DNA from: Candidatus Aminicenantes bacterium
Lineage (GTDB): Bacteria; Acidobacteriota; Aminicenantia; Aminicenantales; Saccharicenantaceae
Direction: 5' to 3'
NCBI GenBank assembly: GCA_014360015.1
Contig: JACIYJ010000004.1
Coordinates: forward strand, 257,520-321,519
Length of the DNA: 64,000 nt
This document shows, piece after piece, positions 37,007-45,810 of this stretch; position 1 is the stretch's first letter, and every line of letters starts with the position of its first letter. Both the position numbers and the translations under genes were made by a program. The notes beneath the pieces are model-generated. The model was not told the origin of the DNA. It searched no databases and was given only the letters and a program-made list of their open reading frames with translations.

Positions 37007-38593
37007 TTATTTTCCTCTGACAAAAGCGGCTGCTTCCGGCATCACTTCAATGGCTTTGAGCACCACCGGATCGCTTTTTCTGAAGACTTTTATCCCTTCC
37101 TCAAGGCTGATGATCGAGGAAAACAGCTCTCTCTTTATCTCGTTCTTAATCTCTGATTCGGCCTCTCTGAACTTAGCCTGATCATAATTTATTTTTAAAG
37201 AGACAAGATAATCCTGAAAATCCTGAATAATTTCAGGCCCGACTTCAAAATTTTTATCAAAAAGTTTTTTGCCAGCAGGCACTGCCCCAGATTTTATTTC
37301 CTGAGGAAATACGTAATCCTTAGAAAGTTTCGTCTGGTGCTGACTGAATTTGCGGCCATAGCTGAAAAAGGTGCCTTTAAAGATCAACTCAACAGTTATC
37401 GGCTTATAATTGAATTTGACTTCATAATCCGGAGTTATTCCTCCTTGGCCGAGCACTTTTCTTCCTTTTAAAGTATACTTGACATCTCTTTTGTCTTCTG
37501 GAGCTCTTTTGGCCAGATAATAATCCTCCAGATGAGAAAAATCTCTCTGGATGAGGCGACCACTCGGGGTCAGATATTTAGCTGTAGTGATAGCCACCGC
37601 CATGTCAGAAGATAAAGGAAAAACAGTCTGAACCAGGCCTTTTCCCCAGGAATCTTCGCCTACAATCAAGCCGCGATCATTATCCATGACAGCTCCACTG
37701 ACTATCTCTGAAGCGCTGGCTGTACCCTGGTTAATCAGGATGACCAGCGGTAAATCTTCGTATTGATTATTCCGGCTGGCATAAAAATCTCGGTTATAAG
37801 CCGGGTTTCGACCACGCATGGAGACGATCAGGGCTCCTTTGGGCAGGAACTCATCAGCCATTTCTACTGCCTGGAAGACCGGTCCGCCGGTGTTGCCCCT
37901 GAGGTCAAGGATCAGGCTTTTCATTCCCTGAGCCGACAATTCCTGAAGTTTTTCTTCCAGCTCATCAACCGTATTCCGGCCAAAAGAGCGAACGAAGATG
38001 TAGCCTATTTTCTGCTGCTCATCGAGCATGAAAGCATAGGGAACACTTTTGAGCGGTATTTCTTCGCGGGTGATGGTCAGGTCAAAAGGTTTATCCAGTC
38101 CTTCACGCTGGATGGTGATGGTCACTTTAGTCCCCTTTTCCCCGCGCAGTTTCTGCATGGCTTCAAAACTGCTCAGGGGCCGGGTGCTTTCGCCGTCAAT
38201 GTGAGTGATGACATCACCGGGCTGGATACCGAGACGCCAAGCTGGAGTACCTTCAATCGGAGCAATGACCACTAAGCGATCTTCCTGCTTCTGAATCTGA
38301 ATGCCCAAGCCATAGTATCTCCCGGTGTAATCTTCGGTGAATCGCATTGAAGTTTCAGGGTCGAGAAAATAGGAGTGGGGGTCAAGAGTATCCAGCATCC
38401 CACGGATGGCGGCAAAAGTCAGTTTCTGGGGGTCTTTTTCTTCATAATAGTTCTGCTGGACGAGTGAAGTCAGAGTCAAAACTTTGTTCAGTCCCTGTTC
38501 CCACGGATCTATGGCTACAGAAGACCTGCAGACCAGAAACAGGACGGCGACAAATAAAGTGAGAAAAACTATTTTTTTTGAACTATGAATCAT
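37007..38593 (-). CDS. Carboxyl-terminal processing protease (S41 family) with PDZ domain
   Basis: A signal anchor is followed by PDZ (GIQPGDVITHIDG) and the S41 catalytic region LILDLRGNTGGPV. Coordinates are the ORF-track ORF; the first Met-plus-TM reading starts near 38593. Confidence 0.85.
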   Translation of the reverse strand: MIHSSKKIVFLTLFVAVLFLVCRSSVAIDPWEQGLNKVLTLTSLVQQNYYEEKDPQKLTFAAIRGMLDTLDPHSYFLDPETSMRFTEDYTGRYYGLGIQIQKQEDRLVVIAPIEGTPAWRLGIQPGDVITHIDGESTRPLSSFEAMQKLRGEKGTKVTITIQREGLDKPFDLTITREEIPLKSVPYAFMLDEQQKIGYIFVRSFGRNTVDELEEKLQELSAQGMKSLILDLRGNTGGPVFQAVEMADEFLPKGALIVSMRGRNPAYNRDFYASRNNQYEDLPLVILINQGTASASEIVSGAVMDNDRGLIVGEDSWGKGLVQTVFPLSSDMAVAITTAKYLTPSGRLIQRDFSHLEDYYLAKRAPEDKRDVKYTLKGRKVLGQGGITPDYEVKFNYKPITVELIFKGTFFSYGRKFSQHQTKLSKDYVFPQEIKSGAVPAGKKLFDKNFEVGPEIIQDFQDYLVSLKINYDQAKFREAESEIKNEIKRELFSSIISLEEGIKVFRKSDPVVLKAIEVMPEAAAFVRGK

Positions 38594-38712
38594 AATTTTC
38601 CCGCAAAATCAGTTTCGTTAATATTAAATCTTACCAGAGGGATATTTCAAAGTAAAGCCGAATTTGGCTTGACTCACCCTGATTTAAAGGCTATAGTTAA
38701 CTTGAAAAGACC

Positions 38713-39018
38713 ATGTTTGGCAGTATTGGCCTACCGGAATTAATTGTAATATTTATCATTGCTCTGCTTGTTTTTGGGCCTAAAAAACTGCCTGAAGTCG
38801 GCAAATCAGTAGGGCGAGCCATTCGCGAATTCAAAAAAGCTTCTGATGAACTGCGGAGTAAAGTCGAAGAAGAAATCAACGCTACCGAAATCAAGACTGA
38901 AATCAAGAGCGTTCAGGATGACCTGAACGAGTTTAAAGGCGACCTGAACCAGTTCCAGGACTCTATAAAAAAGGAATTGAAAACCGATGAGACCGAGGAA
39001 GGCCAGAAAGTCCCCTGA
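38713..39018 (+). CDS. tatA: Twin-arginine translocase subunit TatA/TatB
   Basis: [43 protein letters not shown]: a TM helix followed by an amphipathic helix, the canonical TatA/E/B N-terminus. Confidence 0.8.
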   Translation: MFGSIGLPELIVIFIIALLVFGPKKLPEVGKSVGRAIREFKKASDELRSKVEEEINATEIKTEIKSVQDDLNEFKGDLNQFQDSIKKELKTDETEEGQKVP

Positions 39019-39796
39019 TGAGATGACCTTCCTTGAACATCTGGAAGACCTGCGAAAACGCCTGCTCTATTCCTTTATCGCTATTTTTGTAGCAGTCATT
39101 CCTGGCTGGATCTTCAGCCGGCAACTGTATGCCATTTTAGCCCGACCGGTCACTCAATACCTTCCTGAAGGCACCAAGCTGGCTTTCACCACTTTAACCG
39201 CTCCTTTCATGCTCTATCTTAAAGTTTCTTTTCTGGCTGCTCTTTTCTTCACCTCGCCGTTTGTTTTCTATCAGCTGTGGATGTTCGTGTCGCCTGGACT
39301 CTATCAGAAAGAAAAAAAATATGTCATTCCGTTCGTCTTTTTCACCAGCTTTTTCTTCCTACTGGGCGCGGTTTTTGGTTACTTCATCGTTTTTCCCTGG
39401 GCCTGCCGGTTTTTCCTGACCCTGGGAAAGGATTTCCAACCAGTCATCACTGTTGATCAGTACTTCAGCTTTGCCCTCAAAGTTCTCCTCGGAATCGCTC
39501 TGGTCTTTGAGCTACCGACGTTGGTTTATTTTCTTTCAAAAATCGGACTAATTACTTCTCGTTGGATGATAAAGAATTTCCAGTATGCTGTCCTGGCCGC
39601 CTTCATCATCGCCGCAGTGATCACTCCCACTCCAGATATGATTACTCAGAGCATCGTGGCTGTGCCGATGATTGCCCTCTATGGCCTGAGCATTTTAATA
39701 GCCTTAGTCGTCGGAAAGAACAAAGAAAGACAGAAGAGGAAAGAAGAAGTTGTAGCAAAAGAAAAAGCTCAAAATCCGGACAACCTGGCTGGCTGA
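38987..39796 (+). CDS. tatC: Twin-arginine translocase subunit TatC
   Basis: Six TM helices with a TatC-typical N-terminus ([17 protein letters not shown]). Confidence 0.85.
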   Translation: MRPRKARKSPDEMTFLEHLEDLRKRLLYSFIAIFVAVIPGWIFSRQLYAILARPVTQYLPEGTKLAFTTLTAPFMLYLKVSFLAALFFTSPFVFYQLWMFVSPGLYQKEKKYVIPFVFFTSFFFLLGAVFGYFIVFPWACRFFLTLGKDFQPVITVDQYFSFALKVLLGIALVFELPTLVYFLSKIGLITSRWMIKNFQYAVLAAFIIAAVITPTPDMITQSIVAVPMIALYGLSILIALVVGKNKERQKRKEEVVAKEKAQNPDNLAG

Positions 39797-39864
39797 GCGT
39801 GAATTTTGAATTTTCTTGCACTTAAGATATATTTTATTTTAAAGATTTTTTTATTTTACAGTGG

Positions 39865-40422
39865 ATGATGATGACAGGCGTCGGGCTTTCAAAAATAAAG
39901 TTAATCGGACTTACCGGAACCAACGGAGCGGGCAAAGGAGAAGTGGCGGCCTATCTTAAAAAGAAAGGTTATGCCTACGTTTCGCTTTCCGATATCATAA
40001 GGGATGAACTGAAAAGAAGGGGTTTAGAACCCAGCCGGGATAACCTGATTGCCTGCGGCAATGAGCTCAGAGAAAAATACGGTCCTGACGTCTTGGCCAG
40101 AAGAGCTGCGGAGAAAATCACAGGACCAACAGTCATCGACAGCATCCGCAACTCAAAGGAAGTCGAGTACCTGAGGAGCCTGGGCAATTTTATTCTGATT
40201 GCAGTTGATGCTCCGGTGGAAATTCGATTTGAGAGAGCCAAGAAAAGAGGCCGGAATGAATCAGCATCGACCCTGGAAGAATTTAAACAGAAAGAAGAGC
40301 TGGAAAAGAGCAACCAGGAGAACGGCCAACAACTTGACGCCTGTATGAAACTGGCTGATATAACTATCATCAATGACGGCACCTTAGAAGAGCTCTGGCA
40401 TAAACTGGAGGAACTCGGATGA
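39865..40422 (+). CDS. P-loop nucleotide/nucleoside kinase (CoaE/UPF0200 adenylate-kinase-like fold)
   Basis: Walker A reads IGLTGTNGAGKG. At about 185 aa it has the size and layout of small NMP/dNMP kinases. Its stop overlaps the dCMP deaminase start (ATGA). Confidence 0.55.
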   Translation: MMMTGVGLSKIKLIGLTGTNGAGKGEVAAYLKKKGYAYVSLSDIIRDELKRRGLEPSRDNLIACGNELREKYGPDVLARRAAEKITGPTVIDSIRNSKEVEYLRSLGNFILIAVDAPVEIRFERAKKRGRNESASTLEEFKQKEELEKSNQENGQQLDACMKLADITIINDGTLEELWHKLEELG

Positions 40423-41024
40423 AAAAACCGGAAAAAAAGTCAAAGAAAACTTCAGGACAAAAAACAGCTGGAATGACTCAGCTACCCCCCAGAATTTCCA
40501 AGGATGAATATTATCTGAGCATTGCCCGGGAAGTCTCCAAGAGAAGCACCTGTTTCCGGCGGTCGATTGGAGCCATCATCGTTCGTGATGATCAGATCAT
40601 TTCCACAGGTTATGTCGGCGCTCCGCGAAAAACCAAAGACAGCTTAGAGCACGGGTTCTGCCTGCGCGACCGGCTGAACATCCCCCACGGCCAGCGTTAT
40701 GAACTCTGCCGCTCGGTCCACGCTGAACAGAACGCCATCATCAATGCGGCCCGGGCGGGCGTCAGCCTCTTAGGCGGAGATATGTTTATCTTCGGCAGCG
40801 ACCCAAAAACCGGTCAGCCGATTGATGCCTTCCCCTGTTTTATCTGTAAAAAAATGATCATCAACGCCGGTTTGAACCGGGTAGTCTGCTCGACTTCCGG
40901 CGGCGGGTTGCATATTTTTTCAGTCGAAGACTGGATTAAAGACTGGCAGGAAAACGATATCCTGGATGATACCCATAAATATGGAATGCCCTATGAAGAA
41001 AAAAATGAAGAAGAAAAGAAATAG
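40419..41024 (+). CDS. dCMP deaminase (ComEB/cytidine-deoxycytidylate deaminase family)
   Basis: The zinc motifs HAEQNAI and PCFICKKMII, plus CxRxxxGxxxVxxD-like upstream elements, are present. Confidence 0.8.
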   Translation: MKKPEKKSKKTSGQKTAGMTQLPPRISKDEYYLSIAREVSKRSTCFRRSIGAIIVRDDQIISTGYVGAPRKTKDSLEHGFCLRDRLNIPHGQRYELCRSVHAEQNAIINAARAGVSLLGGDMFIFGSDPKTGQPIDAFPCFICKKMIINAGLNRVVCSTSGGGLHIFSVEDWIKDWQENDILDDTHKYGMPYEEKNEEEKK

Positions 41025-43209
41025 AACCAAAGAGTCTCTTTTAAGAATGATTCTTTTCTGTTTAATTCTTACTATTTTAGTAGGAATTTTGGCAGCTCTC
41101 AATCTTCCCCGGCAGGAACAACCGGCTTCCACCATCTCTTCCAACCTCCTCCAGCTCCTGGGAATTGAAGTTTCACCGGAGTCTCTCGATTACGTCCAGA
41201 ACAAAACCCAGTTTCAACTTCACACTCTTCTGACAGAACAACGCCATCCTAAAACCTGGAATTTAGGCGAAAGAATCAAGACCGATGTCCAAACCGGGTT
41301 GCATATGCTTTTCTCGGTGGATGAAGACATAGTCTCCCGACTTGATCAGCTCTCCGCTTCACCTGAAGTTCTCCAGGAGCTGTCTTCGGAAATTAAGAAA
41401 ACTATTCTGGACAAAAAAAAGATTTATATCTATGGCTGTGGAGCCACCGGCCGCTTAGCCAAACAGATGGAAAGTACTTTCTGGCGTCCCTTCTGGAATT
41501 CTCTACTTCAGGATAAAACCATCTGGCAGAAAGTAGAAAAAAACCTTGGCCCGGATATCGGGGAAAAACTGATCGGCGAGATGACCGGTGGCGACCGGGC
41601 GTTGATTTCTTCTCTTGAAGGCTTTGAAGACCTACAGCTCATCGGTCGTCTGCAGCTTAAAGACCGCGGAGTAGAGAAAGGCGACCTGGTAATCTGTGTG
41701 ACTGAAGGCGGAGAAACTTCCTCCGTCATCGGCACCATCTTAGCCGCTTTAGACCAGTGGAAAGAAGCCCCGGATTATTCCCCGGCAAAAAGCCGCAGGA
41801 AACTGTATTTTGTCTACAACAACCCTGACGACCGGCTGCGTCCTTTTGACCGCAGTCGTTCGGTGATTGATGAGCCAGGAATAACTAAAATCAACCTAAC
41901 TACCGGACCAATGGCCATCACTGGCTCGACCAGGATGCAGGCCACTACCATCGAGACTTATGTCATCGGTGTCGCTCTCCAGTCAGCCGTTTATGATCTC
42001 CTTCAGGAAATTCTTACGCCTAAGGAGCTCCAGAGAATTGGTTTTGTAAAAAAGTATGAAATCGTAGAAAACCTTAAATCTTTCAGCTCGCTGCTGAGGA
42101 AAATCAAGAACCTTGTTCCCCAGATTGCTCGCTGGACTGAGCTTGAAGCTCGGACCTATGCCGCTAACCATTTTTCCACTTATTTCGCCCAAAAAGCTTT
42201 GATCACCGTTTTCATCGACAGCACGGAAAGAAGCCCGACTTTCAGGCTTTTTCCTCTGGATACAGTCGAAGAGCCAGCTCGGAAGTGCTGGATTCAGGTC
42301 TGGACCCCGGCTAAGGATAAATACCAGGCCTGGCAGAGTTTTCTGGGGCGCCCCTTTCGCGGACTGAAAGAAGAATTTTACCGGCCTGAGTTTGAAGAAA
42401 AAGTTGACGACGCTTATCTCCAAAGAGCGGCTCTCGAAAGTCTGAAAAAAGCTGGTAACAACCAGCAAGACCTTTATGATTTCTCTTTTTCTGAATTCAA
42501 TATCAGCAAAAGAGGACCGAAGCCCGGAGATCTGGGTGTCGTTGCCTGTCTGAGTCCTGAAGAAAATAATTTGTTGGACGGGAATTCTGCTTTCAGTCAA
42601 TTTGTCAATCTTTTCCTGGAAAACGGGGCTAACGTGGTCATGGTGAGCCTCACTGACCTGACTGAGAAAAAAATCGCTGAGCTGGAGAAAAGAGTTTGGA
42701 ATTTCTATCAGGACAGAGCTGGTCGGGACAGCCAGAGGTTGATTCAGATCTGGTTAAACGTTGACCACGACAATGATCCGTTCCAGCTTAAACAGAACAC
42801 CGCTCTCAAAATGGTACTCAATACCCACTCAACTGCGGTTATGGCCAGACTTGGCCGGGTTATCGGCAACACCATGACTAATGTCAGTCCCAGCAACCTG
42901 AAGCTCATCGGCCGGGCCACTTATCTCATTCAGTCGCATGTCAATGATTGTCTGAGAAAGCCTGAATGGATAAAAAAATACGGGCTTAGGCCCCCCATCA
43001 GTTATGGCGAAGCCAATGCGGTTCTGTTCGACTCGATTGCTTTTCTTAAAGAAAAACAGGAAGTTGCCGGTCAGACGGCGGAAGTTGCCCTGTCCATTAT
43101 CCGGATCCTGGAATCACTCCGTCAGAAAAAAGGAGTAACCAACGAAGAAGCTCTGGCTATTGTCCAGAATGTTGGGCTGGCTGAATACCTGAGTAAAGCT
43201 GCTTCTTAA
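41005..43209 (+). CDS. Large membrane-anchored MurQ/GCKR-family (SIS domain) protein with roughly 350 aa C-terminal extension
   Basis: A Lys-rich n-region and TM anchor are followed by YIYGCGATGRLAKQ (compare MurQ GAGTSGRLG) and ITGSTRMQATT (compare MurQ TGSTRLKAGTA). The start is uncertain among the Met codons at 40966, 40981, 40993 and 41005. Confidence 0.55.
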   Translation: MKKKRNRTKESLLRMILFCLILTILVGILAALNLPRQEQPASTISSNLLQLLGIEVSPESLDYVQNKTQFQLHTLLTEQRHPKTWNLGERIKTDVQTGLHMLFSVDEDIVSRLDQLSASPEVLQELSSEIKKTILDKKKIYIYGCGATGRLAKQMESTFWRPFWNSLLQDKTIWQKVEKNLGPDIGEKLIGEMTGGDRALISSLEGFEDLQLIGRLQLKDRGVEKGDLVICVTEGGETSSVIGTILAALDQWKEAPDYSPAKSRRKLYFVYNNPDDRLRPFDRSRSVIDEPGITKINLTTGPMAITGSTRMQATTIETYVIGVALQSAVYDLLQEILTPKELQRIGFVKKYEIVENLKSFSSLLRKIKNLVPQIARWTELEARTYAANHFSTYFAQKALITVFIDSTERSPTFRLFPLDTVEEPARKCWIQVWTPAKDKYQAWQSFLGRPFRGLKEEFYRPEFEEKVDDAYLQRAALESLKKAGNNQQDLYDFSFSEFNISKRGPKPGDLGVVACLSPEENNLLDGNSAFSQFVNLFLENGANVVMVSLTDLTEKKIAELEKRVWNFYQDRAGRDSQRLIQIWLNVDHDNDPFQLKQNTALKMVLNTHSTAVMARLGRVIGNTMTNVSPSNLKLIGRATYLIQSHVNDCLRKPEWIKKYGLRPPISYGEANAVLFDSIAFLKEKQEVAGQTAEVALSIIRILESLRQKKGVTNEEALAIVQNVGLAEYLSKAAS

Positions 43210-44309
43210 ATCCGCTGACCTTCCACCGTGTAACACGGTGGGTGAGGTCTCGTTTTTCTTCGCTTCGGAGTCTTCACCTGCGGATAGACATAAATCTCTC
43301 CGGCGTAATTTCGCATCACCACTTTTTCATCGGAAATTGACTGGACATATTCTGGAATCAATGGAATTTTGCCACCACCACCAGGTGCATCGATGACATA
43401 CTGAGGAACGGCTAAACCAGAAGTCCACCCCCTTAAACCCTGATAAATTTCCAGACCTTTCTCCACTGTCGTCCGGAAATGGTCGGTACCTTTGACATAA
43501 TCAGCCTGGTAGATGTAATAAGGGCGGACCCTGACCGTCAGCAGCTTCTGCATCAACTTTCTCATGGTCAGGACATCATCGTTGATGCCTTTGAGCAGGA
43601 CGGTCTGATTGCCAAGGGGAATTCCAGCATCGGCCAACATATTCAGGGCTCGGGCTGATTCTGGAGTAATTTCATCAGGGTGGTTAAAGTGCACGTTCAT
43701 ATAGAGCGGATGATATTTCTTCAGCATGTTGACCAGCTTTTCGGTGATTCTCTGCGGCAGAAAACAGGGCACTCGACTGCCAATGCGTAGAATTTCAACA
43801 TGGGGAATAGCCCGGAGCCTGCTCAGAATGCTTTCCAGCTTTTCATCACTCAGAATGAGAGGGTCGCCACCGGAGATGATGACATCGCGAACTTCAGGAT
43901 GGTCTTTGATGTAGTCAATCCCATTCTCGATGTAGCGTGGATGAATTTTGGTGACATCGCCAACCTTTCTCTTTCTGGTACAGAAACGACAGTAAGAAGC
44001 ACAACTGTGAGACACCAAGAAGAGCACCCGATCAGGATAACGATGCACGATGCTGGGTACCGGAGAATCCAGGTCTTCTTGGAGTGGGTCGTCTTCGCCC
44101 GAGTTTTCGGCCAGCTCGGCGATATCAGGCACCACCTGCTTGTAGATGGGGTCACCTTTTCTCTTGATTAGACTTGCGTAGTAAGGGGTGATCTGGATCT
44201 TGAATGCCCGGCTGATCTTTCTGACTTCTTCCAGGTCCAGACCGAAACGGTCAGCGATTTCTTCGGGCGTTCGCAAGCTGTCGCGTAAGATTCGTTGCCA
44301 GTCGTCCAT
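43206..44309 (-). CDS. KamA-family radical-SAM 2,3-aminomutase (lysine 2,3-aminomutase-like; AblA/EpmB-sized)
   Basis: CASYCRFCTRK gives the CxxxCxxC cluster in its KamA-specific context. ISGGDPL, PYYIYQAD and a C-terminal region are present. At 367 aa it is shorter than clostridial KamA. Confidence 0.8.
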   Translation of the reverse strand: MDDWQRILRDSLRTPEEIADRFGLDLEEVRKISRAFKIQITPYYASLIKRKGDPIYKQVVPDIAELAENSGEDDPLQEDLDSPVPSIVHRYPDRVLFLVSHSCASYCRFCTRKRKVGDVTKIHPRYIENGIDYIKDHPEVRDVIISGGDPLILSDEKLESILSRLRAIPHVEILRIGSRVPCFLPQRITEKLVNMLKKYHPLYMNVHFNHPDEITPESARALNMLADAGIPLGNQTVLLKGINDDVLTMRKLMQKLLTVRVRPYYIYQADYVKGTDHFRTTVEKGLEIYQGLRGWTSGLAVPQYVIDAPGGGGKIPLIPEYVQSISDEKVVMRNYAGEIYVYPQVKTPKRRKTRPHPPCYTVEGQRI

Positions 44310-44330
44310 TGTCTCCCTTTTTCACTCCTT

Positions 44331-44804
44331 TTAGCGGAAGTATTTGCCGAAAATCACCCGGTCGTCTCCCGGCCGATAAAAATCGGGAATCCGGGCAACT
44401 TCGGTATATCCTAATTTTTCATAAAATTTTCTTGTTGGTTGATACTTGGGCTGGGAAGAGGTTTCAATTAAAATCAACCTCCCACCCTTCCGTCTGACTT
44501 CTTCTTCTAAGTGGCGGACCAGCATCCGGCCATAGCCTTTCCCCTGTTCCGCTGGCGAAACAGCAATCCAGTAAAGGTCCCAGGTACCTTCAGTCAGGGG
44601 CGTGGGGCCATAAGTCATATAGCCAGTTACCTGGCCGGAGTCATTCTCAACCACCACAATAAAATAATCACGCTGGGCCGGATTGGTGAGGTAAATATCG
44701 ATCAGCTCTTCCGCCACCTTGACCTCATCGGGGGTAAAAAAGCCAGTGGCCTGGATGAGGTTGAGCACCGGCTCCCGGTCAGCGCTTACCATTGGTCGAA
44801 GCAT
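44331..44804 (-). CDS. GNAT family N-acetyltransferase
   Basis: The acetyl-CoA binding segment (QGKGYGRMLVRHLEEEVRRKGG) is typical of GNATs. It sits between the aminomutase and ATP-grasp genes with overlapping boundaries. Confidence 0.7.
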   Translation of the reverse strand: MLRPMVSADREPVLNLIQATGFFTPDEVKVAEELIDIYLTNPAQRDYFIVVVENDSGQVTGYMTYGPTPLTEGTWDLYWIAVSPAEQGKGYGRMLVRHLEEEVRRKGGRLILIETSSQPKYQPTRKFYEKLGYTEVARIPDFYRPGDDRVIFGKYFR

Positions 44805-45810
44805 CGGTTATTTTCCTTTTTAAGGCGTTTTGAATCATCATTATCCAGAATTCGGCATAGTCAATGCCCGCAGCTTTTAAGGCCCGGGCATAGCCGGCAT
44901 CCAGGCTGATATCCGGGTTGGGATTAACTTCTAAGATAAAAATTTCACCTTTATTATTCATCCTGAAATCCACCCGGGCATAGTCACGGCAGCCCATAAC
45001 CTTAAAAGCCGTGATGGCCAGAGTCTGAAGTTTTTCGCGGAGTTCATCATCAATTGGTGCCGGGCAAATAGGCGGGGTGGCCTGATAAAGGATATGGTCA
45101 GGGTACCACTTGGCTTCATAGCTGCAGATTCGTGGATAGCCTTCGGGCATGGCTGAAAAATCTATTTCCGAGACGGGCAGGGCTTTTATTTCTTCATTTT
45201 CCAACACAGCCACATTAAACTCTCGTCCATCAATGAACTCTTCTACCAGCGCCGGCTGGCTGTAAGTTTCAATTACTCTTTTAACCTGAGCAGCCAATGC
45301 TTCCCGGTCATAAACAACCGACTCCGGATGGACACCCAGGCTGGCATCTTCAGAATTCGGCTTGACTATGAGCGGGAACCTGAGGTCAACCATTTCGTCG
45401 GCCGAAGTGATTAACTGACTTGGAGCCACAGGCAAATTGAATGAGCTTAGAATAGCCTTGGCTTGATGCTTGTCCTGACAGAGAGCTAAGGTGCGGGAAC
45501 CGTTTCCGGTAAAAGGAATGTGCAAGACTTCCATCACCGCGGCCACATTGGATTCCCACTGCGGCTTCCCAAAAAAGCCTTCACATAAATTGACAATGAC
45601 CTCGGCGTCCAGTTCCTTTATCCGCCGGAGGAAATTGAACATACTTCTCTGTAAAGGAATGAGAGTGGCTTCCAGACCGGCCTGGTTCAGTGTTTCGCAG
45701 ACTACTTCAGCCACCTTAGCCAGTGAATCTTCAGAAACTCTTTCTTTCCGATAGATAAACGGCTCGTAGGTGTTAAAAGCCACGCCCACTTTCAACCGGT
45801 CAATTACCAT
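44779..45810 (-). CDS. ATP-grasp ligase, D-Ala-D-Ala-ligase-like (copy 2)
   Basis: The start is set at the ATG at 45810 (MVIDRLKVGVAF...), 5 nt after the upstream stop. A Ddl-like N-domain, an ATP-grasp core (FPLIVKP...EFIDGREFNVAVL...LEVNPNPD) are present. Confidence 0.75.
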   Translation of the reverse strand: MVIDRLKVGVAFNTYEPFIYRKERVSEDSLAKVAEVVCETLNQAGLEATLIPLQRSMFNFLRRIKELDAEVIVNLCEGFFGKPQWESNVAAVMEVLHIPFTGNGSRTLALCQDKHQAKAILSSFNLPVAPSQLITSADEMVDLRFPLIVKPNSEDASLGVHPESVVYDREALAAQVKRVIETYSQPALVEEFIDGREFNVAVLENEEIKALPVSEIDFSAMPEGYPRICSYEAKWYPDHILYQATPPICPAPIDDELREKLQTLAITAFKVMGCRDYARVDFRMNNKGEIFILEVNPNPDISLDAGYARALKAAGIDYAEFWIMMIQNALKRKITDASTNGKR

